64,000 nucleotides of DNA from Rhizophagus irregularis (taxonomy: Eukaryota), in assembly GCF_026210795.1 (NCBI RefSeq), contig NC_089433.1:2108001-2172000 (forward strand), given 5' to 3'. A program made the translations under genes and the position numbers. Position 1 is the first letter of the stretch. Each line of letters begins with the position of its first letter. A model generated the notes under the pieces. It searched no databases and had not been told where the DNA came from. It was given only the letters and a program-made list of their open reading frames with translations. This document shows positions 40,595-53,200 of the stretch, in pieces.

Positions 40595-41258
40595 ATGTCT
40601 CTCGAGTGGAATGAAGAGCAGACCCGTTTCCTCATTGACGAACGTAAAACTGGTAATGAAGTCTACCATAAAACCCCTAAATGTAGCAAGACAGACTTCT
40701 GGAAGGAGATATCAAACAAGCTTAACGAAAATAATAACACGAATTATTTTACCGGAGAAGCCTGTAATAAGAAATTCCTTTCCCTAACTCGAGCTTATTA
40801 TGTGAGTAAATGATAATTGTTGGCAGACTAGATTTTGCCTGGCCTGTAAGTGGACAATGTCCGGCCGATTTTTTCCCTAACGCTATATATTTTGTATTAA
40901 TCATCGCAAGTGTGATATATTTGGTATATGTAGACGACTAAGGCTTATAAAAGAAGGATCCAGGTATTTACACTGTGCCTTTATTGTGATATTTTTTTAC
41001 GAAAGATACACTAAAAAATGTTTATTATTTCTAGGAGCACAACAGCATCCCAATACAGTAACGCCATCATCATCATCTAACACGCCGAGTAGAAGACAAC
41101 CATCAAGAATTCCTCGATCTCCTAATAGATCACGTCCAACAACACCCTCTATATCAAGACCACCTTCTTCTGGTTCCAGACTCGTGACGCCCTCATTTTT
41201 TCAGAGCGCTGAAACGATTAATATTTATATTAATTATAATGAGCCGGATCGAGAGTGA
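40595..41258 (+). CDS. Myb/SANT-like DNA-binding protein, intron-containing
   Basis: WNEEQTRFLID...FWKEISNKL...TGEACNKKF; GT donor at ~40802; Ser/Pro/Arg-rich last exon. Confidence 0.65.
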
Positions 41259-41618
41259 TTTTATAGTTTGCTATTCTGTATTAAAGCGGGATTTTTTCAT
41301 ATCTGTAAATAGCTATATTAGTTTAGTAAATTTTGTATTTTTTCATGACTGTAAGTGCGATGCAGTAGAATACGAAAGCAAATGTAATTAATAAAAAAAT
41401 AAATATCAATATCACTTGACCGAAGGCGCTAAAGCATAAAACATGAAACATGTTTAAAAAACTCAAAGTACAATCTTTATTATATTTTTGTAAAGTAATA
41501 TGTGAGAAAGAGCCGGCCGGCTAAGTAAAAATGAAAGTAATAAAAGACATTGGAGTAGATCTCGTTTAAAGGGAGGAATCACGCCGGCCTCTAAGCCAAA
41601 TATGGCGGTTCCTTCTCA

Positions 41619-42440
41619 CTACCCCATATTATTTTCGTTATTATTATTTGCGCTACTCGCATTATTATTATCTAAACTAGCAATTTCTTTACTTTCTACC
41701 CATCTCATAATTGACATCATTGTGGTATATTTTGGTTCCCCTTTACCATAATAAAAACTTTCTACAGTACTCTTTCCAATCTTTTCCCCGGTAAGATGTC
41801 GAATTTCACGTCTCACAGTTTCAAGCGCATAGTCATTAGTCTCCCCCACTTCCTTTTCCGAGTCAAAAACTCTCTTAAAACGGTTCCTATTTTTCACAAG
41901 AGATGAATTGGATGAACCGGATGAATTACCGGATAAAGAATTAGCGCTTCCACGTGATCGATTCGAAGCCTCGGATTGGTTCTCACTCAACTGATCAAAT
42001 TCGATCTGAAGTCTTTGGGCAATTGCATAACATTGGATCATTTCATTTCGGAGAGCTTCAATAGAGGCCCTGACCGAATTGAATTCAGATGAAATTTTGC
42101 CAAAATCATTACGGCAGTCTTCTTCAATATTGTTGATCATCGATAAAATGTTCTGCGCCTCAGAGAAGTAGCCAGCATCACGTGAATTGATTTTAGCGAT
42201 TTTTCCAGTAAGTTTCTTATTAAGTTCATTGTTGTTTCTCACAAGCTCCGCAGTGAAGGAAGAATTAACTTCAGAAAGGCGAGTGGAAAATTCATTGGTG
42301 ATTTTAGTATTAATTTCCGCAGTGAGTTTACTGAAGATGTTTTCGATTTCCGGTGTATTATTTTTTGTATTAAGATCATTGACGATTCTAGTGACACGTG
42401 CAGAAAGTCCATCGGAAATTTTTGTTTGAGATTTGACCAC
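41619..42440 (-). CDS. Coiled-coil protein with a possible C-terminal HTH
   Basis: Intact 273-aa ORF; IGKSTVESFYYGKGEPKYTTMMSIMRW. Confidence 0.6.
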   Translation of the reverse strand: MVKSQTKISDGLSARVTRIVNDLNTKNNTPEIENIFSKLTAEINTKITNEFSTRLSEVNSSFTAELVRNNNELNKKLTGKIAKINSRDAGYFSEAQNILSMINNIEEDCRNDFGKISSEFNSVRASIEALRNEMIQCYAIAQRLQIEFDQLSENQSEASNRSRGSANSLSGNSSGSSNSSLVKNRNRFKRVFDSEKEVGETNDYALETVRREIRHLTGEKIGKSTVESFYYGKGEPKYTTMMSIMRWVESKEIASLDNNNASSANNNNENNMG

Positions 42441-44033
42441 ATGGTAGCGATCCCCATGATTAACACTGGACCAATGAACAAAAAAACAGCGGTTAAGGTC
42501 AAAAAAGGCATGACTCCCGAAGAGTTGATCAATGATAAACTGGACATGATTAGGCGTAGTAATTTTATTGAGATTTTATTGGTGGATCAAGTTTTTTAGA
42601 TAATATCGCTTGATTTTTTTAATAGCAATAGTTATCTTGCGTAAATGCGCTGGGAGAAAGGTTTATTTTATACTGTATGCTTACTACGCGTGAAAAGAGA
42701 ATTTAACCCGATTTAATAAAAATTACATTGCTTTATTAATTATTATGTGTATTTGTCATAACTACATTTTTCATAATTACGTTGCTCGTAGATGCCTAAT
42801 TGTTGAAATAACAATACATGACGCGTTAACAGTGTGAAATCGGTATTATGAATACTAATAAAGTACCAAGAAATTTGCTGTTTATTGCTAAGATCATCTA
42901 TTGATATGCTTACCCGCTAGTATTTCTTTTTTCAAATTAATGAGAAAAAAGGTGGCCCCTATTCGTGCTCCATACAAATCTACTAACGATCCGTAAATGG
43001 AAATTTGTTTTATTATGTAGAATGTGGCCAGAGGCATCCCCTTACATTTCATAGGATGAAGATCTGTAAATCGGTAGATTAAGAGGCGCAATTTCCATTC
43101 TTGTCTCATTCTAACAACCGGGACATTGCGTGACACCAATTCAAAGGATCGTAATATATGTATTATGCCAGAACCTTCCGGAAAAAAAGTCAAACATCAT
43201 CATGCATAGCGCCTTAGGCCCGGATTAATTATTTATTGATCTAGACCCACGATCTACTTCCCCATAAATTTGCAAAAATATGACGGTATTTCATGAGATC
43301 TTGGCCCTGGCTTCATTGTTACAAAAATAGCATATATTTTCCATTATTACGAAAATAGCACATCTAAAAATAAAAACACTGCGGAAATAGCATAAACGAA
43401 TTCTTTCTGCGCATTTCAGGTGATCGATCTCACATGACGAAGTTACTCTACTGCGCATAGCATATTCTGCGGATATAATTCACATGAACCAATGACGCCT
43501 TACTGCGGGGCGCCAAAAGATGACGTTTACATGCTATAAGCCACCCACGTTATTCGAAAAAAAGAAAGAAACTATACGGCAATTTAGTCTATGCGAATAT
43601 GCAATTCATCCTAGGGGGAGGTTTTTCTTTCGTATCTTCCATCACGATAATAATAGCCTCTATCACATTCACCATATTCATTATATCCATCGTATCCATT
43701 ATATCCATCATCACATGATGTGGCGTAAAGTTCAGATAATTCTGGAACATCTGGAACATTCGCGATTTTTTTACATAAAAAGGACGACTTCTTACGTGTT
43801 TGTTCCGTGTTTCCTGTCTTCCTGTCTTCCCAACAAAATGAGTGTCGCGACAGAAGGCCTAGAAGAAATACAAATTAAGGTGACCCGGGAAACCAAGCAA
43901 GCCTCATTAATTAATCAGGTATTTTTTTTAGATCGTTTATCAAAAATTGAGTGACGACTACAATACACACAACAATAGGTATTAACGTATATTGAGGAAT
44001 CATTGAAAAAATTGACACCTGAGGAAAAACAAG

Positions 44034-44825
44034 ATGTCGTAACGATCGATCTTTCTGCTTACAAATTGGATAATGTTGTTGTACGTGAAACAATACATGA
44101 TAATTATAACGCTGAGATAATTGGAGAACACATGTTCATTAAAGTAAGTTTAAATTGGTAAACGCGACTTCTTTACTGTAATATAATTTAATTTCGCCGT
44201 TGGTTTATGTAGTATGATAGTAAAAAAAAGGAAAAGATTCATCGCAGATTAGCAAATTCTGCTGAAGCTCATAATCAAAATTGGGATGTAGATGCTAACG
44301 GAATGTGTACAGATAATAATGGTAATGAATTTCTGCCAGATGTCGGCGTGTGGTTCCAAATGCCGACCCAAGCACAACAGACAAGGCCTATTGCTGAACA
44401 ATGTCCCCTCCCAGACGTATGGGTAGAGGTAAATGTATTAAATTTTGCTGGAAAAATATACGATTTAACTTATAAGATTCGGTTTCTATAATAATCAGGT
44501 TTTCTATAATAGAGACCCAGATCGCAGTAGAGCTTTAACTAACATTGCTTTCGTCCAACAACAAAACTTGGGTATTGAATTCATTGGGATTGCCCTCCCT
44601 TATTCAACAAACACTTTCCAGCAAAATCCAAATCCTGGGATAGCTACGACACCTGCAAATCCTCTAGCAAACCAAAACGCAAGACCTTTCATAGCACCGT
44701 ACATTATTCATTGGGACGTGAATAATGTTCCAGTTTACTACAGAATTAATTGGAATGAGCACCTTGTCCTTAGATGTGGTTGGGTCCTTGAGTTTAATAT
44801 CGTTCTTAATGTACTTGCAATGTGA
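44034..44825 (+). pseudogene. Uma2-like PD-(D/E)xK nuclease-fold gene with introns
   Basis: EFLPDVGVWF...PLPDVWVEV motif; GT-AG introns near 44144-44213 and 44429-44498. Confidence 0.55.
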
Positions 44826-45198
44826 TCGTTAATATTATTTTTAAAGCCTTCTATCTTTTTTTCTGATGCTTATATTATTAGAAATGTACTCATTTTATTG
44901 TAAAGTATAAAAAAAAGGTAGTAAAAATCATATGCGCAAATTATGCTAATAAAAATTATACCTAAATCTTAAAAGAACAGTTATGCAATATACGATAGAG
45001 TAAAACAAGTTTGAAATTTCCAATCTAAATTATTATGAAATGTATTGTAATAAATAAATACAACGCATCCCATGATGTCATTGTCGAGCATTCCCAAGCT
45101 CCGTAAATTCTTTATCCGTGACGATATTATCACCAAGACTTTTAAGATGTTGTAAGTGATTTAGGCATATGCAAGAATGCACTTTGGCTTGACACCTA

Positions 45199-46161
45199 CA
45201 GTGCCCGGAAAAAAGTCAGTAACCACGTAAAAAATTAGCAATTAGTTAGTGAAGTTTACCACTAAGTAAACTTTTTTTCATAATAAATAAATCGCCTTTC
45301 ATAGATTAAGTAATATTGTGCGTCATAATGAATTACATTTATCCTAGAATTTTTAAGCTAATTAAATTCAAAATGAATTATATAGTGCAATTTTTATTTG
45401 AAAATTTTGTATTTTTATAATAAATTTTCAATTATAAATAACTGTTAAATTTTTTAGTCTTAATATGTTGTGATTAATTAAGAAAATTTGTTGGCCATGT
45501 TAAAAAACATGGGTCCTTAAAATTTCAGGTTAACTGGATTTATATTCATTAAGTTCGCTTTGTTTAAATGCAAAATTTCGTGATGAATCACGTGATTGAA
45601 GATCATTTCTATTTATTTATAGCTTGTTTGTCGATCATTTATTAAGTAAATTTATGTCTCAATTTTCCCCGTACATTTCAAACTTCTTATTGAAAGAATG
45701 TCAGCAAAATTTAAAAAAAATTTATAGATTTTAAGTGCAAGTTTTATAAAATAACAAAGATAATCAGTAACTAATTACATGATCGATTGTAAAATTTTGA
45801 GCAAACCTTAGTAAGTATGAATCCGATTAATCTTAAATTTTAAAGAACCATGTTTTTTAACATAACCAACAAGTTTGCTTATTCAATTAGAATACTTCAA
45901 GACCAAAAAATTTAATGATTAATTATAACCAAAAATTTTGTTAAAAACACTGAAATATATGGACAAAAATTGTAATAAATAACTCAATATAGATCAAATT
46001 AATACGAAATTTTCAGGATATATATAATTCATTATAATACACAGCTTTACTTATTTCATAAAGAGTAATTTTATTAGTATAAAAAAAAGTTTACTTAATA
46101 GTAAACTTTGTTAATTAATTGCTAATTTTTTAATTGCTTACTGACTTTTTTCTGGGCACTG
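45199..46161. mobile_element. Tc1/mariner-like fold-back MITE
   Basis: TA TSD; TIR CAGTGCCC(G/A)GAAAAAAGTCAGTAA; long imperfect inverted arms. Confidence 0.88.
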
Positions 46162-46831
46162 TACATCTGTCCGTCTATTGTTTTATAGCGTACGAATTCT
46201 ACAGAAAAAACGATCCTACTCCTTGAAGATCGCGGTGATTAGCGTGGAGAATTTCGTTAGCACAGCCTCGGCAAGAATTTTTCTGATATCGTACAAGTGA
46301 TCTGTCCACATGATCGAACTATGATACGATTGCAAACTTAAGTTTTTTGCTTGAAGTGTTGCAGGTAAGACAATATTCTGTTCCATTTTTATACCATTCG
46401 CCATGTAATCCATAATTCCCATGTTTTCCATCACAAATAGGGCATGGTGAGCTCCACGGCTGAGGTGATGCAAAATTATAATTATCAATCCCTCTGAAAC
46501 TATTTCGGAATTTCAAGTATGGGAAGTGCTCTAATTTCAATAGCATTGTGAACAACTAATTTTGTGAGCATGCGAAGCCCTGCGTTATATGATGTTAATA
46601 AAAAATTTTCTAACTACTAGTAATATATATAAGTTCCTCTCCCAATAAAATGTAGCTTTAAAGGATGTTTTATTCAATGCTTTATTTTTACATATAGTTC
46701 ATAGTACTTTTTACATTTTTTACTCTTGATAAATACAATAAAAAAGCTAACTGTTACATTAATAGCAATTATATTAGTAGAAAATCTATTTGTTACAATT
46801 ATTTGTTAATACATTTAACGTTAGGCAGTTT

Positions 46832-48476
46832 TTATGGTTTATCACCAACTGCGACAACTCTTATAATGTGGTTGGCGCCTTTGGGAAATTTAATACCATG
46901 TTCCCATTCCTTTGGGATATCAATAATGGAAGGGACTTTTGGGACGTATAAAATTCCGACTAATTCACACCTATAATCAGCTACTTCGTCACCTTTACTG
47001 TTCAATGCTTCAATAGTGAACCCAAGTGTTGCAAGCCTAATCAGTAGTTGTCGATAACCATGACGTAGGTTCTTGACCGTTAGTTTGATTTCACCTATCT
47101 CGATTGAAACAATTTTCATATCAAGATAACTTGTTGGCCTTCCACGAACGTCCAATTCAAGAACTTCGTAGAATGGTGCCTAAAAAATTATATATAACAA
47201 ACAAGAGTTAGTATATTTTATAACAATTTCAAATTACACTCTCAAAAGTGTATATATAAATACATGATCATTCTCTATGGCTATTTTTGGATCCATGATA
47301 TACGAAGTGATCAACATCACACCCAAGGATCTTGTATTTGCGAGAAATAGACGATTTTCTGACGAACTATGCTCTAATTAGCAAAATTAAGTTAAATTTT
47401 GATTTACTATCAAACTTTAGTCTAAATAAACTTACTCTCTTGATAAGCTTCCCAGACATTGAGAGATTTTTCCGCTCTATTAGCGAGGGCATTGAGATTT
47501 ATAATAAAATTATTGTCTTGAGGTAACGAACGAATATAATTTATTGATTCTTTAAGTTTCATTTTCATATTTATATTCTGTTCAAGAAGTGCAAAAAATT
47601 ATGGTAAATAAGAATCATGTGTAAAAACCATCTCATAATAATTATATTCACTTACATAAATATAGTCTGAAACTTTGTCAGCACGGTATACTTGAACATA
47701 TATCGGAGTTTCAAATTTTGGTTTTTCATTGGAGAGTTTTTTTCGTGGTAAAGAAAGTCGTACAAGACCATTAAGATCTGATATTTCAAACTTAGAAGAG
47801 TATTGGGAACCGCTTATTTTAGCAATTTCAAGCCGAGCGGATGCTTCATAAACGCTTCCAAAGTCAGATCTCATAAGATCCATTTTGTCATCAAGATTTT
47901 TCAGTGCACTATTCAGATCTGCACATATAGTTTAATAAAGGAAAAGGTTATTAGAAGCAATGGATCAAAAAATCAAGTCAGGATAGTTCACTCGCGTTGA
48001 CCAAAATTATTACGGCTCACTTACCAATACCGGGTTGCTCTACGATAACGCGAATGTGTTTTTTGAGCGGGTTTGACAATAAGAAGCAGGAAAGAAAAGC
48101 ACAAGAATAAGTAAGTATTCGGTATTATTGGCGAATATGACAGAAGACGAAAAAAATATTTTATTTTGACTCAAATACCTTGCCCTTTGTCATTAATTCT
48201 CTTAACTAAATTCGCTATTGCTCCAGCCGGTCCGCCAAGAAGATTGTAAGGAGGATTGACAAGCTTTTGTTCGGTCAAGCCGAGGAAGGCAAGACCAGCG
48301 ACTCTGTTATCTTCGATTATCTTGATATCACTAGGCTCAATATCCAAGACTTCTTTATTCTCTTGTAAGAAATCAAGAACCTCCTTCCTCTTCCATTTCA
48401 TAACATTTTCAATTGACGGGAGACTATCTGAAAAAGTACTTGTAGTTGTAACAGGAATACTTGTAACACCAGACAT
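46832..48476 (-). CDS. Multi-exon gene with an N-terminal SAM-like domain
   Basis: VMKWKRKEVLDFLQE...RVAGLAFLGLTEQKL...GGPAGAIANLV; downstream exons 47599-47883 and 46832-47155. Confidence 0.6.
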
Positions 48477-48563
48477 GTTGTACAGTTCAAAAAAGAAATA
48501 ATTTGCTTGAAAGAGTAACACGAATAGAGGATATATTTATGAGAAATCAATTGTCGCACAGAT

Positions 48564-48952
48564 CAGGGACGATGATTTTATGATGTGATAAAACACAAAT
48601 TATTTATGTGCTAAAACAAAATTATGCGATTTAATTTTTTTCAAAAAAACTTCACATTATGTGATATTATTTGACGAAATGTGCATATTATTCGAAAAAA
48701 TGCTTCATCCGTTCATAAAAATGTGAATTTATTTTTGTAATCACGTGGAAATTACAACCATGACATCACAAAATAATTCTGATAACGGCGGAAACTTCAG
48801 AAAAAACTGGTATTTTACTGCGGAATATGCGTTTTTAATATAGGAGGTATAAATTATGCGATATTATGCTGTGATAAAACTAAATTATGCATTATCGCAT
48901 ATATTATTCGTTTTATGTGAAATTATGCAATCACATAAAATCATCGTCCCTG
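48564..48952. mobile_element. hAT-type MITE
   Basis: Perfect 19-bp TIR CAGGGACGATGATTTTATG; 8-bp TSD GCACAGAT. Confidence 0.93.
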
Positions 48953-49276
48953 GCACAGATTGATCTGACTCATCAGTTGATCAGTTACGCAATGACTTCA
49001 TAAAAAAAGTGTTAAACTTTGAGATCGTGACGCGTGTCACAAGTCGTAGTTTTACATATCAGGTGATAAGCGAGAAAAATACTTTATTAATACATGCGAA
49101 AAAAATAAATATCAAAATCTTTCGTCGCACAGAGGTGAGAAAAATAACAATATCTTTCTGCGCATTCAGATGATCGATGCTGGTCGCTTTTTTGAAAACA
49201 TAATTTTATTATATAAGCCACATGCAAACAGGTACTAGCCACATGATGTTAAGTCGTTGTATAAGCCACGTAAAGA

Positions 49277-49690
49277 TTAATCAAGGTTAAAGTCTTTTCG
49301 ATCAATACACTCTTTAAATTTATATATCTTCTGAGGAATCGTAATTTCCGGATTCTCGTCATACCATACTTCAAGAAGATAAATTCCATTAAGCTGACAT
49401 AAGGTTCTTTTTTTCCGATCACGATCAACAATATCTTCGAGTTTTTTGACATCTTTATACCAGCTAGTATTATGAAGCCGATGTTGTGCCCCTTGCACTT
49501 CTAATGCCATTCGATGATGTCGGAAGAAAGCATCAAGTTCTAATCCCCTCATAAAAGATGGTCGGTATTCAACAATGGGTTCCTCTCCAAGCAATACTTG
49601 AGCAATTAGAATACATTTCTCCTGAAATTTACGATTTTTCTTTGATTCCAATTCTTTTTTAAGTTCATCTATATCTTGTTCCAATTTCAC
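49277..49690 (-). CDS. PD-(D/E)xK (Vsr/DUF559-like) endonuclease domain
   Basis: LELDAFF...ALEVQGAQH...RDRKKRTLC...LLEVWY; resembles the integrase C-terminal domain. Confidence 0.7.
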   Translation of the reverse strand: MKLEQDIDELKKELESKKNRKFQEKCILIAQVLLGEEPIVEYRPSFMRGLELDAFFRHHRMALEVQGAQHRLHNTSWYKDVKKLEDIVDRDRKKRTLCQLNGIYLLEVWYDENPEITIPQKIYKFKECIDRKDFNLD

Positions 49691-49844
49691 AACTCTTAAA
49701 AAAATATGTGTTTTTGGGCGAACCGAGTTCGCTGAAATTTGCCAAGAAAATTTTTTATTATTACATGCAAAAAAATAAATACAAAGGTTCGGGACGTAGC
49801 CCGGGATACATGACTAAATTCTATCCTATGACCCGCACGCAAAA

Positions 49845-50473
49845 TCATTCCTTAATAAATTTTTTCGTCCTTGCTCTCTTACTATCCGGAGAATCATCAA
49901 CTTCGACCCTATCCTTCAACAAGCCAACGATTACCCCCATAACCTTTTTAACACCACGGCGAAGTTCCGCATCATCTTTCATTATTTTCTCGTTAAGTGC
50001 TATGTGATAGTCGTCTTTCGAGCAATAGATCCTTTCCGGTGTGTACATGAGGAAGTACCAGTCAGAGGCTAAAACAAAAAAGGCACAAGTTAGTATATAC
50101 GAATGATGGATAAAAAAATCACACAAAGGACTGAAAATCTCTACCCGTAGTCACGATCCCATAGAGATAGTCAAACTCATCATCGAATGCCACGGATGCT
50201 TTCCTTTTTCTCGTGTTTGTATGGTGAGAGCTTTCGAGTTGCATTATGTTCTGCATGAATCCCGCCACCAAATCCTTTTGTTTTCCCTCGGTTATGGCTA
50301 TCAACTCCTCATTGACGACATCTATGACTTTCTTGATTGCGTAATCGACTCGGCCAGATGCTTCTTCGCCTACGACTTCGAACTGAAGTAAAATATAAAA
50401 TTTTATTAAAATTTTAAAAATCTCAAGAAGAAAAAGAAGAGAATTATAATAGTTTCTTTAAAGCGAGGTTTTC

Positions 50474-50508
<35 letters not shown>

Positions 50509-51099
50509 GTCCATGGTAATTCCTTTCTTAGTGATTCTTTTGGCGATATAGATGGATGCATATAATATTGGGGAAATATACTCGCAACGCACAGCCTCAT
50601 TCCTACCAGTTGCAGAACCTATAATTCCCATCCTACGTTTTATCTCTGTTATACACTGCTCCAGCTCCTCGTCTTCATCGTCAATTTCCACAGGCTCTGG
50701 CTCAAAGGGCGGAATTTTTGTTATTTCATTGCTATCGATCCCATACTTGCGCAACACCTCACTCAACTCTTTCTTAGTCTTGTACGAGGAGAACGACCTC
50801 AGCTTTTTCTCCTTGCACTCCCTAGCGAAGTCTACGAGAGCAGTTGCAGGTCCCAATTTCATTCCATGACGCTCAAGCTCTTCTTTGGTTATCTTGAAGA
50901 AGGTACGGCCATTAACCTCTTCATTTTCTAATATTTTAAGAGCTGACTCGCTAAGTCCTAAGTCCTCCTGACCCTTCAGAAACTCTATAAGCTTGGCCGT
51001 GTCATATTTTTTAATTTCGTCCGCGAGCGAGACCGTCTCATTTCCAGCAACAGTAGTAGAGGTGGAAGCTGGAGTATAAGGTGTACTAGTTTCAGACAT
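49845..51099 (-). pseudogene. SAM domain plus Crinkler-type C-terminal nuclease-fold gene, disrupted by a poly(A) insert
   Basis: IKKYDTAKLIEFL...EEVNGRTFFKITKEEL...GMKLGPA; GRVDYAI, ITEGKQ, YGIVTTGRD/WYFL; intron at ~50069-50140. Confidence 0.7.
50387..50505 (+). mobile_element. Short retroposed insert ending in A28
   Basis: ~120-bp AT-rich segment with a poly(A) run at 50478-50505, splitting the codons of ...TMDP|QFEVVG. Confidence 0.7.
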
Positions 51100-51357
51100 A
51101 GTGCTTTTATAGGGATATTTGGCTCGGTAAAAAATAGTGTTACGTCCGGAGGAAAATAGAGTTTTATTTCTAGTGGGAACGCAGGTGTTAGTATAGGTTT
51201 TTATGTAGCACAGGCATTACATCATTACACGTGACCGGGCTCTCATGTACATTCAATAAAATAATAATCCTTTATTTATAAAATAAATCGTTGCCGGAAG
51301 TCGGCCTACAATACATAAAAACTATTACATAGCATGACGTAAATAAAAAAATTCTAA

Positions 51358-51795
51358 TTATTTGTGTGGCACTGTTTCAGTAGGAGGATACACGATAACA
51401 TTGATTCCCTTTTCACCGGAATAGATACGTTGGGGCTGAATGGGAAAATGAATAAAAATTCTATCTTGCGGTTCCATTTCTACTGACCCATCTACTATGA
51501 ATACGTTGTTGTTTCTTAAGGTGTTGATTATAACGCTATCGGCTACAAACCCAACCTTATATAAGGCCAAACTGGTCGAATCAATATCTTGAAATCGATC
51601 TAGACGATGGTTTCTGATTGCCTCCGCAAGAGAAGAAACTCGATTGTTATTGGCATTAGATATTGTTACTTCGAAGATATCGTTCACCCCCTCACCAGGA
51701 ATGAAACAATTAAGAATAATGTCTCCGCCGGCGAGAAACTTTTCAAGCTTGTCAGAAGTCTTGGACTTATCGGGTACTTCAGCCTTATCAGACAT
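51358..51795 (-). CDS. Crinkler (CRN) N-terminal ubiquitin-like domain protein
   Basis: ILNCFIPGE...FEVTI...VSSLAEAI...SLALYKV...INVIVYPP (LxLFLAK- and HVLVxxP-like motifs). Confidence 0.7.
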   Translation of the reverse strand: MSDKAEVPDKSKTSDKLEKFLAGGDIILNCFIPGEGVNDIFEVTISNANNNRVSSLAEAIRNHRLDRFQDIDSTSLALYKVGFVADSVIINTLRNNNVFIVDGSVEMEPQDRIFIHFPIQPQRIYSGEKGINVIVYPPTETVPHK

Positions 51796-52506
51796 CTTGC
51801 TTTCCTAAATACAAGGCCCATGGTGAGAAAAAACTCGCTCCCATTCATAACTGGTCCCAGAGGGACCCTCTCTGGCATATACATACCTTATTTTGCGTTA
51901 TTTTACGGGAATGTTTTTTGCGGAAAGTTGGCTGAACTTCCACATACCTCTACATGCTTTATATCTTGCTGGGAAAAAGAGCGCCAAGCCGAAGTTAAGG
52001 AGGTATGAGGCGTAATTAGTATTGTCGTCTGATGCCAAGAGTTCTATGAAAGCACATGCAAATGAAATCTTCAAACCCTTTCACATGGAGATCTACCGGA
52101 AAGACATAGTTGCTCTTACGCCTGGCGATCTCGGAATTGCGTGTCCCTCAGCCTTTCATAACATATGCTTTTATCGTCACTATTTACTTTTAGAGTTGGT
52201 CCTGTGTTGCATGTAGACCTCCTTTCAAGCGAAGCGCCTGTGAAGCAGGCCATTTTTCTCATGATTGTTCAGGAAAAAATAAAGAATAAAGGTTAATATG
52301 TTTTTTCGATATATATGCAAAAATTATTATGTCGCACAAGACCTGTCTGGTGATCCACTTATTTTTCTGTCGCACAGGAGTGGCCCAGCAAATTCTTCCG
52401 AGCTGATGATCACTATCCCGGGTTGACGATCAGTATTCCGGACTCGGCCATAGGCACCTTCGGTAAAATTTTCCACATTAAATATATTACTTTACTATTA
52501 ACAATC

Positions 52507-53142
52507 ATGATGAATAACAATACTAATAAATCTCCTATGAAAGAATCTCTTGATCAATTATATGAAGTATTTTTATATAAGAAGAAGGATATAATAGCTA
52601 TTCAGAAAAAGCTTGGTATTAATATCAATGCAAATCAAGAGGCAGTGCGTCAAAGCAAGGAAGAGATAACACTTGCCGATTCATATGAGTTGTTGTTAGA
52701 CTTGGTGGGAGATATGTTACCAATACAGGAGGAACTCAACATCGAAGGCAATCCCATTCTAGAGGTGGAACTTAGGAGTTATAAAGCTTCTACGGATATT
52801 TCATATAGAGAAATATATAATTTGCTTTTATACCTGGAAGAGGATATAATAACAATTCAGGATGAACTCAGTATTATTGGTTATTCTAATCAAGAAAGGG
52901 CAGAAGAAGTCGATGAAAAAGCAAGAGCATATCTCCAAAAGTTTGAGGAATTCCACGGTCCATCAGAAGATGTTCCAATTGTGATTTTACAGAAATATGG
53001 TGAAATGGGGGTAAATAAAATTCGGTTTACTGGAGAGGGGCATCCGCTATTTCCAAATCTCTCTCCTCAACAATTACACGAAATTTTTGTAAAAAATTCA
53101 ACTAGCACCGGACAGTGCCCATGTCTAGAACAGGTTAGCTAA
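52507..53142 (+). CDS. Hypothetical acidic helical protein with internal repeats
   Basis: Three LY..L..L..DI..IQ.EL.I-like repeats in an intact ORF. Confidence 0.6.
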   Translation: MMNNNTNKSPMKESLDQLYEVFLYKKKDIIAIQKKLGININANQEAVRQSKEEITLADSYELLLDLVGDMLPIQEELNIEGNPILEVELRSYKASTDISYREIYNLLLYLEEDIITIQDELSIIGYSNQERAEEVDEKARAYLQKFEEFHGPSEDVPIVILQKYGEMGVNKIRFTGEGHPLFPNLSPQQLHEIFVKNSTSTGQCPCLEQVS

Positions 53143-53200
53143 TCTATATTTTTTGTCGTACAGAAGCACTGTACATGCATGTGGCTCAGCAAAAATCTAA

